Source: Toensbergia leucococca (lineage: Eukaryota). Taken from it: DNA of 64,000 nucleotides. Position numbers and translations under genes: made by a program. The DNA lies in contig JALDZS010000103.1 in assembly GCA_022813965.1 (NCBI GenBank), positions 1-64,000 of the forward strand. The letters are read 5' to 3'. How positions within the stretch are numbered: the stretch's first letter is position 1; every line of letters starts with the position of its first letter. Below are positions 25,190 to 36,916 of this stretch, piece by piece. The notes under the pieces are model-generated. The model worked only from the letters and a program-made list of their open reading frames with translations. It was not told where the DNA came from and searched no databases.

Positions 25190-26770
25190 ATCTTCCTTTC
25201 AACCTCTCTCCTCTCTACACCCAGAAATGATACAACCATCGACAACCCCACCTTTGCAAACCCCCCAACCCATCATCCTCACCATCTCCGACACCAAGAA
25301 ACCCCCTCTTCATCTCCATAACCCCATCACCCCATCACCCCATCACCCCCTTCTCCCCCCCCAAAAAATACTCTTCGAAATACCATAACCTTGGCTCTGA
25401 ACCCCCTACCAGAAAAAACAAGAAAATCCAACCGAAATCACAACAAAAACCATCCCCATATCAAACCCCCCTCCACCCACCCCCCAAACTCTCGAACCCC
25501 AACTCTATACATTTTCGAAAAAATCTAGCATAGAAAAGGAAGTAAGAAAGTTCTATTACTGATAGACTGGATGGATTATTGGGAGGCATACCAGATACCT
25601 CCATCTGAAATCGTCTATGTTCAAGTTGATTTTAGAGCAAAGGATATAAAAATTCAATGATCTGAATTTTCTCCAAATTCTCGCCCCCCTTCGCCCCCCC
25701 CCCCCTCTCTACACACCAAAAACCCCCCCCCCCCCATTTTCGAATCCAAACTACGACCCCTCTCCTCACAAACCCACTCCTCTCCCACCCACCCAACACC
25801 CCAACCAAAAACAAAAAAGAACAAAAAGAAAATAAATTTCGGCACAAGCAAAATCCGCCACTTTCGTATGCCCCGTGACTGACTGCGCACACCAGTTCCC
25901 CAACCAAGCCGCCGCGCATTGGGAAGAGATCTTTTTCCCCAAAAATAACGATAATCACAACTCTCAGTTGTCGAAATCTTCCTGGGCCTAAGATATGCTT
26001 TCTTGAGCCCTTTTTTTTGGGGGGGGGGGGCGGGGGGCAAGGATCTGGGGGTTTGGAAAGTGGTGTGTGGTGGTTGCGAGAGAGGTGGGGAGGGGAGGGG
26101 AGGTTGGGCTGGGATGGTTTTTTGGGGGGATAGGGGTATGGGTTGGGGGTTGGGGTGTGGTTTGGGGGTTGGGGTGTGATAGAGGGAATGGGGAATTTGT
26201 GCATGAGAGAAAAAGTCTCGTTGGTGCAACACTCCTCTATTGTCCTTTTTTTTTTTGAGGAGGGGAGAATAAGGCCGATTTGCGGATCATCCTTTTCCCC
26301 TTTTCCCCTTTTTTTCTTTTTTCTTTACCAGAACCCATCTTTCTTTGCAGTGGGGCTCTTTTCCCGGTAGCTATGGCTAGGGCGGGTCTGTCTACCTTAC
26401 TACCAGCCTTGCCCCCCCTTTTTTTTTATATAGATATGGGTCGTTATGTGATGTCGTTTGGGGGTGTTTTGAGAGATGTGCGGCTTCTCGTTTTCCTGGC
26501 TGGAGGGAGGAGTTGGGGATTTGGGTTTCTAGAGGTTGGGGGTTTGATAGGGGATCTCGATTGATGGTGTATTGGCTTTTGGGAGAGTTTTGGGGGGGGT
26601 TTGTTTTCTTGGTGGGCGGGTGGTTGGGATTGTTGGGGGGGTTGGGAAAGCGGGGGAGGGGAGGTCAGATTTTCTCTTTTGTGCTTTTGTGGTTTGTTTG
26701 GGGGGGATTTTTTCGGGGAGATGGATGCTTTTGAGGGGGCTTTGCTTTGCTTTGCGTGGAGGAGGGTCAG
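25190..26770. repeat. Low-complexity homopolymer island: C/A-rich left arm, complex core (~25860-26010), mainly G/T-rich right arm
   Basis: Poly-C/poly-A runs on the left and poly-G/poly-T runs on the right; lies between two convergent genes. Confidence 0.85.
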
Positions 26771-27108
26771 GGTTGTTTCAAGATGCTGCTGGAGTGGACG
26801 AACACATTTTGAAAAGAAAATTGAACGAGAGTTTGGGAATGGTGATTAGAAGGGAAAGGAAGAGAGCTCCATATGATGTCTTGATATTCAGTTTCGTAAA
26901 AGTTGTTAATCGCTCATTTCGCTCGGGCTCGTCACAAAAGTCTCCACATTTACGAAAAAAAACGGGTTGTGGTGAACCGAGCGAACGCGACCTGAGAACA
27001 TACCTACGGCACGATTAGGGCAAACAGGAGGCTCGAAAAAGAAGTCAAAAAGTCAAGTATCAAAAAAAAACGTGATTCCCAATCAATCGTCCGTTTCTTA
27101 TCGGAGCA

Positions 27109-28616
27109 TCAATAGCCAGCAAGACTTCCTCCTCGTTGTGGTGAGCATTCTTGCAACACCTGGTCTACCACGATGGTTTTGGTAATGCCTCCTTTTTCGG
27201 GATCCTCATCCCGTCCACCAACGTATACATCGGTCCAACTCCGGCGGGTATCCAGCTCAGGGCTATCGCTTAGCTCGAATTGATTCACTTCGCTTGGCAT
27301 GCGGGAGGAGGAGACCGAGGACGATTGAATACTCTTCGGACTCACTGGGTGACTTGGGAAAAGTCTATTGACTGAGGATGCTTCACGTTTCCGAGTGGAT
27401 GTTCTTGAGCGAGGTAGGAGCCGAGACAAAAAATTCGAGATACGGCCGAAAAGGCCTGAATTTTTGAAGAATGAGGCTACCGCAGGCGCCGAACTGCAGA
27501 TTATAGCAACGTATATTTCGATGATGCTGCTCAGGATCAGTCATAGGCATGCTTTGGGATGCGAATTCAGGCTTACATGCAGATAAAACCCAAAGATACG
27601 TTCCACGAAGTGTCCTGATGCTTCCACGCCATGACCCGGTAGTAGAGTGCGAAACCTCCAGCAACAATAGCTCTGATTCAGCGTCAATCAAAGCCTTCAA
27701 GTTGTACCAGGAATTGGAACTTACAGGCATCCGGTCATGAAGATGCAGATGATTCCCAGCTTCTTCTTTAGTGAGAGATGTAGACTTAGGACTACCGATA
27801 TAGCCAGCACCAGAATATAAATATCAGTGCATACATTGAAAACTCCTTGGACAATTTCTAGGTCGGTGGTGACGGGATCTTGGACACAGGACGTAAGGAT
27901 TGCAAAAGACCAGGCTTTTCCAGGGCTTGGGGCGCATTTAATACTCTGCAGAGGCACGATTATCCAGTAAAAGCAGAATATAATGGCCATGCCAAAATAA
28001 ATCAGACGTCGTGTGACTATGTTTGTAGAAAAGATTCGAAGATAGAGAAGGAACAGGGACATCTTAGCAAAGTAAATGCTCGGTCCTACAAGCACTGCCT
28101 CGACAAATATTTGCTACAACATTCTCATCACTATGAAAAGATATCCTTCGATTGAGAAGGCCATCAACTTTACCTTCACATATCCCTCAGTAGCTCAGCT
28201 CAAAGGAGTATCCCAAAGGTGGCGTGCATGCTTATGTACTAGATTTTCTATCAGAGTTTATAAAATCAGGTTGATTCAAAAGGTGCAGCTCACTACTTAG
28301 ACCACTGCATGCGTAAGCAGATGTCAGAATCCAGAATAGTACACAGCAGACTACGAACCATCAGTTCGTCTGCCAAGCTCTTCAGTCAAAAACATCTGCA
28401 GTACACACCGTCATCCCAACCAAGCTTGCGAACGGCATGAGCATTTGAGTACAACCGCAATAGCACAATAATCAAAGCGAGAGGCATCATGATCAGGACG
28501 ACACAGAAAAACGCTTGGCTCAAGGATGCTGGGTCAATTAAGTTGGAGACAACTCCTGGTGGAGGAGGCTCGATGGGGATTTTTGACAGATCAAGGCCTG
28601 GTGGTAATTGATCCAT
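27109..28616 (-). CDS. Second PTH11-like (rhodopsin-family) integral membrane protein, multi-exon
   Basis: MDQLPPGLDLSKIPIEPPPPGVVSNLIDP, LRLYSN..KLGWDD, GVSQRW region reading HLWD on the minus strand, AKMSLFLLYLRIF, NVCTDIYILVL, IIEIYVAIICSSAP. Confidence 0.85.
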
Positions 28617-29900
28617 GACTTTATCGTAGCCCAACAACGTTTCTCGTCTTTATACTTCTCGTCCGGAGATATGGCATTCGATGAAAACAGAAGGTTGAAG
28701 AAAACAAATGCAAGAGATAAAATCAGGTGAGAGCAAAAAGGTCAGAAGTAGGTCTCGACACGTGTTGATAGTAGCCGGAGCTGCACATGCAAGATCATAC
28801 ATTGAATTGAAGACTGTAGAATAAAGAGGTAAGGTGGGGAATGCACGAGATAGTTACCACGGCTGTGAGTGACTATTGTAGTAGAGTCATGGGGAAAGCT
28901 AACAAGAGACTAGACATGCTGAATCTATTGAAGTCGATCGATCGATCGGCGCCGTCGCACGGTTTGTAATATGTTTTCTCTATGATTTCACATGTCCTTC
29001 TTAACATGTCCATTTTCCAGGTCTTGTTGGCCATCCAGATTCTTCAATTGCGATATCAGTCTCTTGTAAAAGATTCAAGAAGGCGCAGTGGAGGGAAGAC
29101 ATCAGATTGCTGTTACAATGACAAGGCATTGGAAATGTCACAGAGCCCCAGGATTAGTCAGTGCTCCTCAAAATATGTGCCTCTACAGTACCACGGCTTG
29201 AGGATCTGTTTAGTTGTCGTTGACCCGAATCTGGCGTGATCTGCATGCGATTCAAGGACGCCTTAACTGGCTGCAGACTTCTCTTATGGTGGAGTCTGCC
29301 GAATCCAGATCTTTCGCTTGCCTCTATTCTAATGTGGACTCAGTGAGTCTCAAGTTCGGAATTGCCAAGAAGGCAGGAAGGAAGAAAGAGGAAGCAGGAA
29401 GGAGAAAAGGAGAATTTATTCGGATGCTCGCTCCGGATCAACCATGATCCCGGGGGGTAATCGGCAATTCGAAGTCTGAACTAGACTCCTAGAGTACGGA
29501 GTCGAGGAAGTACAGATGATGGAACAGACTTGTGTAAGTAAGCCTTTCTTTCTTGATGACCCACCCTCGCGCCATGCCTTCAATTTGCTTCTACTCCTGT
29601 TAATTCCAAGTCATTCTCGCAACCGGAATTACTGTGTAGTGACGTCGGTATTGCCTTTCGTAGTAGGTAAGGTACCTAAGGTACGCTCCTATGGCAGGCG
29701 TGCGATCATGTGTGGGGAGGTGTTCTTCGTTGGTCCGAGGGGTCTAAGTACTTGCCATCTTCTCCAGATATATTACTGAACACATTTCAATATGGCAAGC
29801 CTCATGAAGTCAGTATTCACATCACGGAGAAGTTCGCTTGATGATAATGCTGAGACGAGGTGAGGTCAAATAGTTGGAAATACAACTCAAAAGAGGAGTA

Positions 29901-30258
29901 ACAGGCACAGACCTCAGTATTGACACTTCCCTGTTGACGCGAGTGGCGCTACCAGAGAAGCCAAACCCGCACATTCTCACTATAACAGGCACAAAACTTA
30001 ACTAAGTATTGACATCTCGGTGTTGACACTATCCCATGTCCTGGCAAGATGAGTGGAACTTATACACTACCTACCGTGCCTGCCTATCAGGAAAATAAAA
30101 CCCACGCCTTCTCACTTTAATCAGCACAGACCTCAGTACTAACGCTATCAGAGCAAATGAACTCACTACGTCTTACTTTAACAGGCACAGACCTCAGTCC
30201 TGGCCCCATCAGACCCACATATCTTGCTTTACCAGGCACGGACCTCAGTATACGCTAT
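29901..30258 (+). repeat. Degenerate ~52-60 bp tandem repeat with core ACAGGCACAGACCTCAGTA (5 copies)
   Basis: Cores at 29901, 29985 (variant), 30122, 30181 and 30233. Flanks (CCCAC..TCTCACTTTA / GCTATCAGA) are partly shared. Confidence 0.75.
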
Positions 30259-30346
30259 AAAATTGCTTTCCATGACCTTGTTTTCATCATCTTCGACTTT
30301 TAATGTATGTCCAGGACTTCAATTGACATACTACCTCACACCAACA

Positions 30347-30785
30347 ATGGAGACTTACGAGATTGATACAAGCGAGGAGTACCGAGCTCTCAGGTGAGAA
30401 TTTCTCAACCACCTGAAGCACACTGCTGAGGAATCAGCACTGGCAAATTGCTGCTGCAAGAACACAGCATCCACAACCAATGGCTTGACGACATTATAGA
30501 CCACGTTGAGAAGAACCCCAAGTTTTACATCCTGCCCTCCAAGAGTTCAAGCATTTGATTGAAGGAGACAGTCGCATCTACATGTTATTCACTTCCATGT
30601 TCGAGCAGACCCCGAAGAGGAAGCTTTACAACGAGAGTCCTGGTGCTCATCATCAGATCCGTGACTATGAGCACCTGCTAAAGGTCCTCAACTACACTAT
30701 AGATCGAGCTCCACATTGTAGTGACGTGTCGCACCGCATTGGCTATGTTGGTCTTCCCATCAATGGCATGCTCGATCGGCCTCGC
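30347..30785 (+). pseudogene. Truncated, frameshifted phosphatidylserine decarboxylase-family (PSDC/PsiD-like N-terminal domain) gene
   Basis: METYEID..|TGKLL..HNQWLDDIIDHVEKNPK, then a frameshift near 30523 into LHPALQEFKHLIEGDSRIYMLFTSMFEQTP..QIRDYEHLLKVLN..GYVGLPINGMLDRP. Similarity stops there and the catalytic C-terminal half is absent. Confidence 0.75.
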
Positions 30786-30810
30786 TGGCCAGCATTCCTC
30801 GCCCACTGCA

Positions 30811-31605
30811 TCACGCTCCATACACCAACCGAAACACGTCGTTCAATACAAAGTAGCTACCAGATTCCGGCATTAGTTGAAAGACTTGTGTATAATTCAT
30901 CGGCCGCTGTTCTTCGTCCACCTATATTCCCAACAGCGAAGATTAGTTGTAATCCTGGTAAGAGAATTCAAGTCATGGAGGAGGCCTCAGAGCGTAGTCA
31001 TGCGTACCAAGAGGGCGCCTGTGACCAGCACTAGTAATCCACCAGCGTCGTTTGATGGCTGGGCATCCATGGTTGCGACTTGATGTTGGACTTTCTTAAA
31101 TGGTAAATTCTAGGCACGATAGCACCGTCAATAGGTTCCTCGGAGGAGAAGTATGTGTTGGTGCCGACTTGACTTACGACAAGCTTGTCGATGATGCCGG
31201 ACACTCCTTGAACAGCGGAGGTTTCAAATGTAAGCATCGAATGATCGCGCTGTATTCCAGAGCCTCTTAGCCTCGTTCGCCTATCGATGTATGATAGCCT
31301 AGACGTACGTATAGAGCTGCTAGTTTGGTTGGGCTCTGGTCGAAGGTGTTGTAGTAGAATTCTGTAAATTGTTCTATGCAGTGATCAGCGCCTTTGTCTA
31401 CGCTCTTCATATACGTGGACGCGGCCGAGAGTTGGGATAGCATACTGGCAATCTCACGGAAGTCTGTGTGGAGCTGTTAGCTTGTTGTGTTCATTGCATT
31501 GTTTCTTGGATTGACCACTATAACTGGGGGTGGCTTTCGAATGACTTTGATTCAAAGTCTCAAGTGCCAACATTTAGTCTTTTGGGGATGTTGCTTACCT
31601 CCCAT
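30811..31605 (-). CDS. NTF2: Nuclear transport factor 2 (124 aa, 6 exons)
   Basis: Exons 31605-31599, 31463-31446, 31373-31309, 31249-31178, 31109-31008, 30921-30811 give MGDFREIAKQFTEFYYNTFDQSPTKLAALYRDHSMLTFETSAVQGVSGIIDKLVNLPFKKVQHQVATMDAQPSNDAGGLLVLVTGALLVDEEQRPMNYTQVFQLMPESGSYFVLNDVFRLVYGA. Confidence 0.95.
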
Positions 31606-32011
31606 TGTAGCCTCGTTCCTGCTCTTTGAGCTGATCGGTTTGGACGTCTAGATTGTCGCGAATGTTGATGCCAGGCGGGGATCTAGAGTAGGCTTAGAGG
31701 CTTGTAGACAATGACGCGGGGTCTAGACTCGCTTGGTGGTGCTGGTGCCTGGTGCGGTGGAGAAATAGAATATCGAGGAATGGAAATTCCATTTATATTA
31801 TCCATGACATCTTTCGCACTAATGATCGTCTCTCAGATCTTCATGACTACCTAGGCTCCTAGGCTACTGTTTTAAAGTCATTCTTGGACTGTCCAGTTAT
31901 CACGTATCAAGCAGCAAACATGATCATGCCCGAAACAGATGCCTACTCTCATCCTACATACCTGGCCAACTCACAAGTAAGTCTCAACATTTGCAGCGCT
32001 GCCGTTTCCAC

Positions 32012-32097
32012 ATTCAATGATGACTCTCACTTCTAAACGATAACTTCTGATTTCCATGAAGTAACAAATAAATATTCAAGCTCAACAGTCTGACTCT
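32012..32097 (+). ncRNA. Intronic box C/D snoRNA with two rRNA guides
   Basis: Box C ATGATGA 32017-32023, D' CTGA 32047-32050, D CTGA 32090-32093. Guide TAAACGATAACT is complementary to 18S AGUUAUCGUUUA and guide TCAAGCTCAACAG to 25S CUGUUGAGCUUGA (rRNA sequences recalled). Sits inside a GTAAGT(31977)..GCTAAC..TAG(32157) intron. Confidence 0.85.
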
Positions 32098-32538
32098 ATT
32101 CTCTGTCTTTCGCTCTGTTATAAGAAGTAATTGCAACAACAGAAGCTAACATGATAGACGATATCTAGGGACGACCAGCCATCACCCTCCACTTGCCATG
32201 TTTAATGTTCTGACTGGATGTCTAAGCTGCTGTTGAATTGATTTGCTGATCGTTGCTAATAACTTCGATTATCAAATTCAGCTGAATGTCGTTGGCTTGT
32301 ACAACCATTTCCTTGACTACTGATTGCAGCCATATATGTATGCGCAAGATTGATAATGCAAGATCTCAGGCCGAGCGGGAAAGCACTCTACCAAACCTGA
32401 CTCAAGTGGATACTTGAGCACTAGCCGAAGGGATTCATGGTAGTGAGCAGGCACTTAGGTTGGATCAGGTGAATTTTCTACTATTTAGCCGCCCTAAGTG
32501 AGACTGAAGAGCATGTCTCAATGAAAATATACCAGCAT

Positions 32539-33606
32539 CTAGGTAAGATATCGCTCTCTGAGCTCTACTAAGTTTGCCACCCGCTCAAGGTGTTTACTTT
32601 CATGATGATGGTTGTCTCTATCTAGCAAAATGCATTTCCACCCTGACTCCGAAGCTCCGAAAATGTCCTTTACCGGATCATCGCCAACATGAATAAAGTC
32701 GCTTGCTAGCATAAGATTCTCTGCGGCTTTGAATATACGAGGATCGGGCTTCTCGAAGCCTACATCATAGCTCATTACAATAAATTGGATATCGTTATCT
32801 TCAAGCATATCCAATCGTGCGCTCCCTGAAGCTATCCCATACCTAGTCGGTCCTACTTGGAGGCCGAGGCTGGAAAGAATAGCCGGAACGCGATTGTCAG
32901 AATTGGTAATGATGCCAATGGCACATCGGGAAAATCTCGAAGTGTCAGTCTGATCATTCCTGGACTGGCGGAGGTCCCGGAAAAATGGAAGGACGTCCGG
33001 ATAGAGTTTGTACCCGACTGAAGAGGCGAAGCGTATTTGGAGTTCTGATACGAGCCTTTGAGACAGGGTAGTAGAGGCTGGAATGAATGGGAGGAACGTT
33101 TTATGGATTACCTAGAGTCTATTAGGAGAATCGCAGTACCGAGAGCTCATCATGTCCTGCAGAGTGAGAATTGTAATTCAACGAGCTCGGCAGGACTTGA
33201 ATGATCTATTTCTCGTGGACGACAGTGTAGTACGAACACCAAAGGGCGTCACTTATGCTTTACGGAAGATTTCAGATGCAAAGCCATCACGAACAAGCTA
33301 CTTACATTCTTCCACCAGGTATCTGGGGCAAGTCCTGATTGTTTACCGTAATTCGGATGAATCTCCGACTCTTTTTTGAATGCTATCATGTGATCAGTGC
33401 CATGCGTTTGACCGATTAAGATCATGATGTGCTTCAAGCCTACCACTGCGGAAGCTTTGTCCCAGGTCAGCGTTAGAAAATCCCGTCAGGCCATGGTGTC
33501 TTGCAACATCGCCGTACTGTTTGGCAATGGGTTCTCGAGGTGTGAACAAAGTGCCAAAAGCATCAAAGGTCAGGCAGATGCGTTTTACGCCCTTGTGTCG
33601 GCTCAT
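32539..33606 (-). CDS. HAD-superfamily hydrolase (HDHD3-like)
   Basis: Motif I TFDAFGTL, GIITNSD, motif III/IV SYDVGFEKPDPRIF and HVGDD; 2 introns. Confidence 0.88.
33150..33256 (-). ncRNA. Candidate intronic box H/ACA RNA in the long second intron of the HAD gene
   Basis: On the minus strand: hairpin GTGACG..CGTCCAC, H box AGATCA (33207-33202), hairpin GTCCTGC..GCAGGAC, ACA at 33155-33153. No target established. Confidence 0.4.
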
Positions 33607-34355
33607 GATATGATGCTGCTTCAGTCATACATTGACTCGATTGGCTCGATTAAAGATTGGAGACTGATATTCGCTTCGGTATTTCACCATTATGCAAGCT
33701 CACTAGGTAGAGTAAGGTAATCAGACGTGGCTACTGGCTACGGTGGAGGGGGGTGACGGAGTAAGAAGAAAAAGAAGCCGGGGAGAGAAATAAACCCTGG
33801 CATTTGCACGGTCAGGATTCCTAACTACGCATCTCGGTGATCAAAAGGCTTTTGGCATTCAACTTTCGCATCGTCCTTGGACCTAGATTTCCCGTATGCC
33901 CATGTGACAGACACCTATTCTAACCTACGTTCGCTCAGTCAGGCAATGCCCGATGACTTGAACGAAGATTGAGACTACACGCTATGAGTAGGTATTCTAG
34001 ACATCAATCATCGCTAGTGGTACCTGCTTTAGCTGATATCACGATACAGTCAGCTTATCGGCGTCAGGTCAGCCTAATCAATTCATAACTGGCAATGTCT
34101 TCCTTCCCACTCTGCCACTGAATCCAATCAAAATGAACAATCTGTCCCATATAGACGTTGAAACGGCAGAAGGGAAAAGACGGTGAGCCTTGATCCTTGG
34201 TCTCGTTGAATCTAGTGGGGGGTTGGCGGAAAAGTTCAGGGTAGCGAGTAAGCTAGAAGCCGCAAGGACCAGAGCTTAAGGTACTCGGTAGAAAACATAT
34301 TTGGGCATTATCTCGGACCCTTTTTCACTTATTTTCTAGCTCCTTTGCCCACTTC

Positions 34356-34400
34356 ACACATCTTACACATCTTACACATCTTACACATCTCACACATCTC
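34356..34400 (+). repeat. 9-bp tandem repeat (ACACATCTY)x5 upstream of HMG-CoA synthase
   Basis: acacatctt x3 followed by acacatctc x2. Confidence 0.9.
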
Positions 34401-34618
34401 ACTTCACATACCTATCTACTTGTACATAGCTCAATTGAAGTCGTTTTGTCCAGGAGATTCATCGCAACTTCTGCTCAGCCCACCACACACTTCTCAGAGC
34501 TACTCATAAAACATTACCTGATTTCTTCCTCGGCAATACTTTTGTGTCAAGCCTTGAATCTTGTTGTCAAACTAGTTACGTTATCTTTCAATCTGGCACG
34601 GAAGGCGTTGACTACATC

Positions 34619-36202
34619 ATGGCTTCAAGACCGCAAAATATTGGGATTAAAGCCATTGAGATCTACTTTCCAAGCCAGGTATATTCAATTCGACTCTTGT
34701 GTGAGGATTAAGTGGAGACGATACTGATCTGTTTGTATAGTGTGTTGATCAAGCTGAGCTTGAGAAGTTCGATGGTGTCAGTAAGGGCAAATATACCATC
34801 GGACTTGGCCAGACTAAAATGAGTTTCTGCGATGATAGAGAAGGTACAAAACGTTCCTCCAATCACATGAATCCGCCATTCTTACTCGCATTCTGCCCAG
34901 ATATTTACTCGATTGCTCTCACTACTGTTTCCTCCCTTCTCCGAAAGTACTCAATAGACCCAAAAGATATTGGCCGTCTCGAAGTAGGCACTGAAACACT
35001 ACTCGACAAGTCTAAATCCGTCAAATCTGTCCTCATGCAACTTTTCTCGCCTTCCGGCAATAACAATATTGAGGGCGTTGACACTGTAAATGCTTGCTAC
35101 GGCGGCACAAATGCTCTCTTCAATTCAATCAATTGGGTGGAATCATCAGCCTGGGATGGTCGAGACGCTATCGTCGTCGCAGGAGATATTGCGCTTTATA
35201 AAAAAGGAAATGCCCGCCCAACGGGTGGCGCAGGTTGTGTGGCCATGCTTGTAGGTCCTGATGCGCCTCTCGCATTTGAACCAGGCATGCGAGGGAGCTA
35301 CATGCAACACGTCTATGATTTCTACAAAGCCGACTTGACCTCCGAGTATCCTTTGGTCGATGGCCATTACTCCGTCAAATGCTACACCGAGGCAGTGGAT
35401 GCTTGCTATAAGGCATACAATCAGCGCGGTGTTTCCCTTCAAAAGCCAGAGGTCAATGGCTCATCAAAATCATTGACGAACGGCAATCACGCCTCTTCGG
35501 ACAACTTGAATACTCCTCTCGATCGTTTCGACTACATGTTGTTTCATTCGCCTACGTGCAAGGTCGTCTCCAAGTCCTACGCTCGCATGCTTTATAACGA
35601 CTACCTTGATTCACCCTCACTTCCTGCATTTGAATCGGTGCCCGGTGATCTACGAGACATGGATTATGAGAAGTCGTTGAGTGACAAGACTGTTGAGAAG
35701 ACCTTCATGGCTCTAAGTAAGAAGAAGTTTCAGCAGAGAGTGCAGCCAGGAATCGAGGTACCAACCATGTGTGGAAATATGTACTGCGCTAGTCTGTACG
35801 GCGGGCTCGCTAGTCTTCTGAGCAATGTCAGCAGCGAGCAGCTGAAATCAAAGCGGGTTGGCCTCTTCAGCTATGGAAGCGGGCTGGCAAGTTCTCTTTT
35901 CAGTTTGAGGGTCGTAGGAGATGTGAGTCAGATTGTCGAAAATTTGCAATTGCACAAGAGATTGGAAGCTCGGAGGACAGTGGCTCCCGAGGTTTACGAT
36001 GAGGTTCGCCAACTCTGACCCTGATGCTAACAAGATTGAGAAAATCAGCTGACTCGTGAGTTAGATGTGCCTTCTGAGGGAGATAGCACATCTCCAGAAA
36101 GGGTTCATGCCAAAAGGAAATCCAGACACGATCACCAAGGGGACATATTATCTCACTGAGGTTGACGACATGTTCCAACGGAAATACGAGATCAAGGCAT
36201 GA
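34619..36202 (+). CDS. ERG13: Hydroxymethylglutaryl-CoA synthase
   Basis: [42 protein letters not shown], active site [32 protein letters not shown]; 3 introns. Confidence 0.97.
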
Positions 36203-36916
36203 ATAGAGAAGACCTGGGAGTGTTCGGTAGGCAAGAAAGGGAAGAATTGGTCGCGTGCTGATATCTCTACACTTAGACTTCAGGACTGGAGATCCGGTCG
36301 CGTGGAGCAACTAGAATGATGGAACTCTCGCAACAGCCCGGGCTTGAATGACACGATATATAGAAAGCCTTTGTAGAAAGGTCCATAGAGCGGCGGGGTG
36401 GTCTAGAAAGTCTTATTATCAATTATTTCACTGACTCTCAGCCTATGCAATGTGAAGGTCAAAGCTTACGGGGATAGAATGATCAACTTGAAGCAAGGAA
36501 AACGGTCGTTTCTATAGCATGAGCGCCCTGATAGAGTAGCAATACTCGTGTTGTCTGTTGTCTAGATTAGTGCTAACACATTTGTTCCGTGGGTTCTGAT
36601 TTTTATTCAGACTCTTTCACAGATCAACTGCCTGTCTAGAGCACCAGAGGCACTTGTCCAAAGGGGAGCTGAGCGGCAGCTAACCCAAGGGGTTTAGACC
36701 TCGCAATCTTGGCGGCATACCTTATTCCAAGCCAGCTTACATAATACCGCCCCTGTGTATGAGATCGACCTCAAACTTACACCCTCTACCAACGAAACGC
36801 TTCAATGGGTGGCCTTGTCAAGCTTGATAGTCATGCATCACACTTGTAAGTGAGATCGTCGAAGGAACACAATTGCTGTTCATCGCACCGTTGACGCGGT
36901 GATTCCGACAACGAAA

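Noticed and set aside
29901..30258. CRISPR-like repeat/spacer appearance
   Set aside because: Eukaryotic context, no cas genes, irregular period, and the 'spacers' resemble one another, so it is a degenerate tandem repeat.
30786..31034. C-terminal part of ORF 30555-31034 as real protein
   Set aside because: It is the antisense of NTF2 exons 5-6 and their intron.
32539..36202. Secondary-metabolite cluster around HMG-CoA synthase
   Set aside because: No PKS, NRPS or terpene synthase nearby; ERG13 looks like the ordinary housekeeping copy.
36495..36530. U3-like box A word (GGTCGTTTCTATAG)
   Set aside because: Partial match only; no box C', B, C or D arrangement found.
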